Shown: piece by piece, positions 57,195-61,785 of the stretch
How the letters are laid out: each line of letters starts with the position of its first letter
Numbering within the stretch: position 1 is the first letter of the stretch
Assembly (NCBI GenBank): GCA_038061275.1
Contig: JBBTZQ010000018.1
Coordinates: 1 to 61,785, forward strand
DNA length: 61,785 bases
Direction of reading: 5' to 3'
Source: Patescibacteria group bacterium
Lineage (GTDB): Bacteria > Patescibacteriota > Minisyncoccia > Phycocordibacterales > UBA1550
Notes under the pieces: generated by a model
What the model was told of the DNA's origin: nothing
What the model saw: the letters and a program-made list of their open reading frames with translations, nothing else
Databases searched by the model: none
Position numbers and translations under genes: made by a program

Positions 57195-57782
57195 TTAGTG
57201 AAGTGTCGATCCTTTTTCGTTTGAAAAAATTATATTGAGGAGTTGCGCTATATCAACTTGCGCTTCTTTGAAGATTGATTCAACGTACCTATCTTCGAGT
57301 GCCCATGCGTTACTTTCTGCTTCTATATCTCGGACAAGTGTATGGAAATTTTTTAGGTCCATTGGCGTGCCTAAACTTTCATTGACGGGCATTGGAACAA
57401 CTAAAGTATGAGGAATCGCAAGTTCGAACATTGCACACCAAGCTAGGTAATAATTCCCCAAGAATGCTGGAGGAACTTTTCTTGGTATTATTGTAATTTG
57501 TTCAAGTGCATCAAGGAAGCAATCTTCATGGCTTAGGTCCTCGTCTCGCAGCTCATTTAAGGATTCAGCTTCAAGATATTCATGAAGAATGATTTCGCTC
57601 TCCATGATCGTAGTCATTCTAAGCTCGGTAATCTCAAGAGCGTAGTCCAGAAACGGTATATAAAGGAGTTTTTTTACTGTTTCAAATCTGCTTCGAGCAA
57701 TATCATGGTCAAACCCCCTCTCTCTTTCAGGGATTTTGGAGACCATATCATAGATAACATCAGATATTTTTTGTGTATCCAT
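57195..57782 (-). CDS. hypothetical acidic protein (no recognisable domain)
   Basis: 195-aa ORF preceded on the minus strand by AAGGGAGGGGAG SD. Own terminator. Confidence 0.5.
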   Translation of the reverse strand: MDTQKISDVIYDMVSKIPERERGFDHDIARSRFETVKKLLYIPFLDYALEITELRMTTIMESEIILHEYLEAESLNELRDEDLSHEDCFLDALEQITIIPRKVPPAFLGNYYLAWCAMFELAIPHTLVVPMPVNESLGTPMDLKNFHTLVRDIEAESNAWALEDRYVESIFKEAQVDIAQLLNIIFSNEKGSTLH

Positions 57783-57894
57783 TCTCCCCTCCCTTTTGAC
57801 TTGCTTGCAATTTACATATTATCCTTACACGCTATAACACAATTTTCCTTAAATTACAATAGCTTTTTCTCGAACATATTAAGCATGTTAAAGC

Positions 57895-58518
57895 TTAAGC
57901 TTTGATGAAATTCGCAAGAGGGCAATCAAGATGTTTGCAATGAGCTTGGCAGTATCCCCTGCCGTAAAGGATGAGAAGATGCGAAAATCGCACCCAATCT
58001 TTCTCGGGAACTATTTTCATAAGGTCTCGTTCAATTTTCACCGCATCACTGTGTTTGGTGAGTCCGAGAAGGCGGGAAAGGCGAATGACGTGGGTATCTA
58101 CGGCGATACCTTCTGCGAAGCCGTAGAGTTCGCCAAGGACGACGTTTGCGGTCTTACGGCCTACTCCTGGGACCGTAATCATTTCCCCCATCGTCTTGGG
58201 AATTTTGCCTTTAAAATTTTCTTGCACTGCCTTTGCTGCCGCGAGAATGTTTTTTGTTTTTGCTTTGTAAAATCCTGTTGAATAGATTGCTTGCTCAAAT
58301 TCTTTTGGGTCCGCACGCACATAATCATCGAGCGTTGGATATTTTTTAAAAAGCTCTTTGGTCACTTCGTTTACCTTTTTGTCGGTACACTGAGCAGACA
58401 GTATGACCGCGACCAAAAGCTCCCACGCCTTTTTATAGTGGAGCGCGCATTTAGGGTCGGGAAAAAGCTTCGTTAAAATGCGCGTTATCTCAGGCAAGTT
58501 TGTACGTTCTTTTTTCAT
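57895..58518 (-). CDS. nth: endonuclease III (HhH-GPD DNA glycosylase/AP lyase)
   Basis: ..LVAVILSAQCTDKKVN.., HhH ..PGVGRKTANVVL.., catalytic Lys/Asp region ..VDTHV.R.. The C-terminal Cys motif is non-canonical (C-x3-C-x4-C). Confidence 0.88.
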   Translation of the reverse strand: MKKERTNLPEITRILTKLFPDPKCALHYKKAWELLVAVILSAQCTDKKVNEVTKELFKKYPTLDDYVRADPKEFEQAIYSTGFYKAKTKNILAAAKAVQENFKGKIPKTMGEMITVPGVGRKTANVVLGELYGFAEGIAVDTHVIRLSRLLGLTKHSDAVKIERDLMKIVPEKDWVRFSHLLILYGRGYCQAHCKHLDCPLANFIKA

Positions 58519-58573
58519 GAGTTATGAGTTTACTGCTCATGCTGACTATAACATGCAAGAAAAGCAATCAGTT

Positions 58574-59167
58574 CTATTTGTTTAGTGGGTACCCTTTAAA
58601 TTCTGGCAGTAAATTTTTACCGTGCAAGATTCTTGAAAATGCCTCTGCTTCCATTTGCGCACCGGTAAGTCCATGGTGAGGTTTTGGCTCTGTTGGAAGT
58701 CCGACATATTTGAAGATTGTGTCAGTAGAAAGATCTGTGCGGTCATTTTTCCTAGGAGGTTTAATGCCTTTCTTAATCATGTCCATGTACGCCATCGATT
58801 GAAGATCGAGTGTTCTATATGCAAAATGCCAACCGATGTGCGAGCGAGAAAACGAATCGTTGATGAAGTCACGGTCAAATGAAGGATTTTGTCCCGCGAG
58901 AGTTTTTTCGTCGCACTGCTCTATCCAATGATAAAAACTATTCATAACTTCTTCAAGTGATTTCTTTTTGGTGTCACGACATTCTTCTTCTGTGAAGCCA
59001 TTAACGGCGAGTGAGTCTGTCATAATGCTTGCCCCGTCCCACATTCGGCACTCTTCATAGAATTGCCGTTCTGGATGCTCGAATTCAACCGCACCAATAC
59101 TGAGTATTGAGTGTTTTCGAGGGTCGAGTCCGCTAGCTTCAACATCTGCGATTATCATAACCTGCAT
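58574..59167 (-). CDS. DEDD-family 3'-5' exonuclease (DnaQ/RNase T-like)
   Basis: ExoI ..IIADVEASGLD.., ExoII ..GQNPSFDRDF.., ExoIII-like ..HHGLTGAQMEAEAF.. Confidence 0.7.
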   Translation of the reverse strand: MQVMIIADVEASGLDPRKHSILSIGAVEFEHPERQFYEECRMWDGASIMTDSLAVNGFTEEECRDTKKKSLEEVMNSFYHWIEQCDEKTLAGQNPSFDRDFINDSFSRSHIGWHFAYRTLDLQSMAYMDMIKKGIKPPRKNDRTDLSTDTIFKYVGLPTEPKPHHGLTGAQMEAEAFSRILHGKNLLPEFKGYPLNK

Positions 59168-59194
59168 TATACCATGCTCATCAGAGGATTAAAA

Positions 59195-60211
59195 TTACAG
59201 TGATGAGAATTTTTTGTTTACTTTACCTGTTGCAAGAATCTTTTCGGTAAAGCCTGCTGTCTCTCTTGAGAACCATTCGTTTTCAGCGTAATATTCAAGA
59301 TCTTCTTTACTGTGTGCGTCCGAGCCACCTAGTGCGAGCGCATTGTATTTTTGTGCAAGCTCGCGAAGAGTTTGACGCTCCACATGGATAATCTTCTCGC
59401 GGTCTGTTTTATATTCACCGATACCATACACCACCTCTACACCGTCGATTCGTTTTTCTGAAAGAATTTTTTCGAGCATATCAAGAGGCATTTTTCTCCG
59501 AATGGTAAAGTAGTGCGCGATGATAGCGACTCCTCCAGCATTACGAATGAGCGACACGGCTTCGTCGAGATCAGGCAAGTATTCGTGTTCAGCATAGGCT
59601 TCGCGAAATGCTCCATGTGTCAAAAAAAGAGAATAGGGATAACTCCGCTCTCTCTTTCCCATCATGTAGTTGTAGCGTTCTTGAAGTTCTGGATTCTGCT
59701 CTGACTCCTTTGCCATTTCGAGGCGCATCTTTTCCATTACTACGGTATTGCCAGGATATTTCCTGAGAGCCTCTACGACGTGCGGTCTGCCGACTGAGTC
59801 CCCGCCTGATGCTTCGAGGCAATCATTCTCTGTGATCTCAAATCCAAGATTTTGAAGACTTGAAACCATTTTCTGCATGCGCTTGATGCGGTCTTCTTGC
59901 GCTTTCAAACAATGAGTTAATAGATTTGCGTTTGTAGGGTCGACAAAAAGTCCGATAATATGAGCGCTTCCCGTATCCCCACTGATTTCTTTAGGCATTC
60001 CTGCAGTTATTTCAATCCCAGTAACCCATTTCGTCGTGTTTCCGCGGAAACCTTCGAGTTCGTTCATTATCTCAGGTGTTGGCAAAGCATCGTGATCGGT
60101 AAATGCGAGTACTGCGATATCGAGGGATTCTGCGAGTAAAAAAAGCTCTCGATGAGAGAGTTTACCATCTGAGCTTGTGGTATGTGTGTGGAGAGTTTCG
60201 ATCTTTGACAT
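59195..60211 (-). CDS. PHP-domain phosphoesterase (TrpH/YciV-like)
   Basis: ..LHTHTTSSDGK.. and ..AFTDHD.. and ..GIEI.. and ..IAH.. and ..GGSDAH.. metal-ligand motifs. ATG at 60211 avoids overlap with the upstream gene (ORF track extends to 60316). Confidence 0.8.
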   Translation of the reverse strand: MSKIETLHTHTTSSDGKLSHRELFLLAESLDIAVLAFTDHDALPTPEIMNELEGFRGNTTKWVTGIEITAGMPKEISGDTGSAHIIGLFVDPTNANLLTHCLKAQEDRIKRMQKMVSSLQNLGFEITENDCLEASGGDSVGRPHVVEALRKYPGNTVVMEKMRLEMAKESEQNPELQERYNYMMGKRERSYPYSLFLTHGAFREAYAEHEYLPDLDEAVSLIRNAGGVAIIAHYFTIRRKMPLDMLEKILSEKRIDGVEVVYGIGEYKTDREKIIHVERQTLRELAQKYNALALGGSDAHSKEDLEYYAENEWFSRETAGFTEKILATGKVNKKFSSL

Positions 60212-60230
60212 GCGAGCACTATAGCACAAA

Positions 60231-60677
60231 TTAAAGTCCCTTGCAGTTGCTTGCAGGAGTGTACCCTCGAGCCTCGGCTTCTTCTTTTGAATTGAAATAA
60301 ATCCGGTTCCCCTCACTGATGCGCTGTGCCCCCGAGCACCATGGGTAATGGTATTTTGTTCCCGTCTTTGATGCTACATATGTTCCCTGCTGGCTCGGTG
60401 TTATAACTCGAGGTGTCGCAACCTGTCGCTTGTTTAGGTCTGGAGCTTCAGCGCTTTGTGCTGGAAATGTTTGCGGAGTGACCACAGGTGCATTCTCTAT
60501 TTTTATGGGAGTCTTTTGTTCTCCAATTATCGAAAGCCTACCAAGCCCAAATGACCCAAACGCCACCAAAATGATGACGAGAAGTAAAAAGAGGTCGTCT
60601 GACCATTTTGGGGTCTTAAAATCGGATGGAATCAGAAAGCCCTTGATTTTTTCCCATAAATCTTTTATACTGTTCAT
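60231..60677 (-). CDS. membrane-anchored protein with C-terminal Ada-Zn-binding-like ('sunset'-type) small domain
   Basis: One TM (LFLLLVIILVAFGSFGL). The C-terminus ..YVASKTGTKYHYPWCSGAQRISEGNRIYFNSKEEAEARGYTPASNC.. fits the YH..C...N..F.S..EA...GY.P..C pattern. Confidence 0.45.
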   Translation of the reverse strand: MNSIKDLWEKIKGFLIPSDFKTPKWSDDLFLLLVIILVAFGSFGLGRLSIIGEQKTPIKIENAPVVTPQTFPAQSAEAPDLNKRQVATPRVITPSQQGTYVASKTGTKYHYPWCSGAQRISEGNRIYFNSKEEAEARGYTPASNCKGL

Positions 60678-60726
60678 TACCTATAAATTATACGTGTTTT
60701 AGGATTATTTACGAAATTTCAATACC

Positions 60727-60999
60727 ATGGCACATAAAAAAGCGGGAGGATCCGCACAAAACCTAACAGATTCAAAAGCAAAGTACCTCGGTACTAAGCT
60801 TTATGCTGGTGAGTTTGCAAAAGCAGGCTCTATTATTATTCGTCAGCGTGGCACAAAGATTCTTGCAGGAGAGAATGTTGGTATTGGCTCAGACCATACC
60901 CTCTACGCCCTCAAGGAAGGCACTGTAGAATTCTCCGAGAAGCGCAAGGGAAACTTTGACGGTACAACGACTCGTCGCAAAGTAGCGCACGTTAAATAA
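60727..60999 (+). CDS. rpmA: 50S ribosomal protein L27
   Basis: [20 protein letters not shown]...G......[11 protein letters not shown]...G.NVG.G.DHTL.AL..G.V.F. Confidence 0.95.
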   Translation: MAHKKAGGSAQNLTDSKAKYLGTKLYAGEFAKAGSIIIRQRGTKILAGENVGIGSDHTLYALKEGTVEFSEKRKGNFDGTTTRRKVAHVK

Positions 61000-61012
61000 A
61001 CCTAGCTAAAAA

Positions 61013-61039
61013 AACCGCCTCGTGAGGCGGGTTTTTTAA
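61013..61039 (+). terminator. rho-independent terminator
   Basis: ccgcct-c gtg-aggcgg stem preceded by an A-run and followed by gtttttt. Confidence 0.75.
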
Positions 61040-61188
61040 AACATATGGCGTAATAAATTAATTTGACTTAGTAAGTGATAAGCGTTAGTGTGTATTTGGG
61101 TAGTAATTTCGTAAATCTATTTTTACAAAAGAGGTCATTAACTATGCCAAGAAAGTGATACATCGTAGCGTTATATGGTACCGAGCAT

Positions 61189-61644
61189 GTGCTCAAACAC
61201 CAAAATGAAGTCACGTGGACAAAATTTGCTAACGAGGCAGGGTTTAATAAATGGTATAAAATCCAGAATACGAAGGAGGTATTAGAAAAAGGCATTACAC
61301 TTGAACGAGCGATTGAGCTCGTAAGAAGATACAAAATGACAAGACCTGATCTTTTGTCGTTGGTAATTTATACAATGCCAAACATCAAATTTACTTTTCA
61401 AGAGGTAAATAAGAGGTTAGAACTAGAAAGTCCTTTTATAGAAGGATTCTCTGAAAAAGAAATTTCATTTGCCAGATTAATGCTTAACTGTAGGCTTGAG
61501 ATTTTAAAACATGAGGGAATCTTATCACGAAGAAATTGGACACGTGGTTATTCAGTAAACATCCCAATATACAAAGACGGCGCGCGATACGCAGCGCTCA
61601 GGTGGAATCCTGCGCTAGAAAATCTCGTATATCCTAAGATGTGA
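61189..61644 (+). CDS. hypothetical protein
   Basis: 151-aa ORF with a GTG start in the track (internal ATG alternatives exist). No motif. Terminator follows. Confidence 0.35.
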   Translation: MLKHQNEVTWTKFANEAGFNKWYKIQNTKEVLEKGITLERAIELVRRYKMTRPDLLSLVIYTMPNIKFTFQEVNKRLELESPFIEGFSEKEISFARLMLNCRLEILKHEGILSRRNWTRGYSVNIPIYKDGARYAALRWNPALENLVYPKM

Positions 61645-61670
61645 AAAGTGGTGTTGAGTTTATTTTATAG

Positions 61671-61695
61671 CCGCACAGTGATGTGCGGTTTTTTT
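61671..61695 (+). terminator. rho-independent terminator
   Basis: ccgcac agtgat gtgcgg followed by ttttttt. Confidence 0.75.
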
Positions 61696-61785
61696 AAATG
61701 CAGAAGATGATAACTTGTTTCCTCTTTTTGTTATGCTATTCTTAACATGGACGTTAGATTTTCCGTACATAACCAGCTCTTTTTT

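Noticed and set aside
60212-60316. Longer start for the PHP gene (track ORF to 60316)
   Set aside because: It would overlap the 3' end of the upstream sunset-domain gene by 86 nt. PHP proteins normally begin a few residues before the HxH motif, as with the ATG at 60211.
61068-61334. 88-aa minus-strand ORF
   Set aside because: It overlaps the promoter region and 5' end of the plus-strand ORF 61189-61644. It has no SD and low-complexity hydrophobic content, so it is probably spurious.

Overview
This is a 61.8-kb AT-rich chromosomal segment with densely packed, mostly plus-strand genes. I call about 69 CDS. I recognised no rRNA, tRNA, CRISPR array, transposase or integrase. The content is mainly housekeeping: the end of the ATP synthase operon (atpD-atpC); five aminoacyl-tRNA synthetases (leuS, alaS, trpS, aspS, gltX); ychF; mnmA; mltG; the infA-rpmJ-rpsM-rpsK-rpsD-rpoA-rplQ-rplM-rpsI block; grpE-dnaK-dnaJ; scpA-scpB; a partial dcw cluster (PBP5-like, mraY, ftsW, murG); and a minus-strand nucleic-acid repair and processing block (nth, DEDD exonuclease, PHP phosphoesterase). 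Several core proteins are shortened (epsilon 78 aa, AlaRS 603 aa, AspRS without its insertion domain, L13 117 aa), and there is a DUF5671-like membrane protein and a sigma-r4/HARE-HTH protein. Together these suggest, by inference only, a reduced-genome Patescibacteria/CPR (Parcubacteria-like) organism using the standard genetic code. Many operons have readable TTGAC(A/T)-N16/17-TATAGT-type promoters and clean stem-loop terminators. The most interesting region is 34.76-42.3 kb, between dnaJ and trpS. It holds a separately promoted mini-transcript encoding a 29-aa Cys/Pro/Gly/Asp-rich peptide. That is followed by an S9 prolyl oligopeptidase, a translationally coupled ThiF/E1-like, PaaK-like adenylate-forming ligase and Acg-type nitroreductase triad, and an orphan 7TM sensor kinase. 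I read this as a candidate uncharacterised peptide-modification (RiPP-like) system. Secondary items are: a 126-bp element bounded by a perfect 16-bp inverted repeat that overlaps the ychF stop codon; an island of two unknown genes at 56.2-57.9 kb; an ATP-cone/PD-(D/E)XK nuclease fusion; an EVE + DUF2779 operon; and an MgtC gene followed by a 28-codon hydrophobic mini-ORF. All protein family calls rest on motif recognition by eye and need profile searches to confirm.
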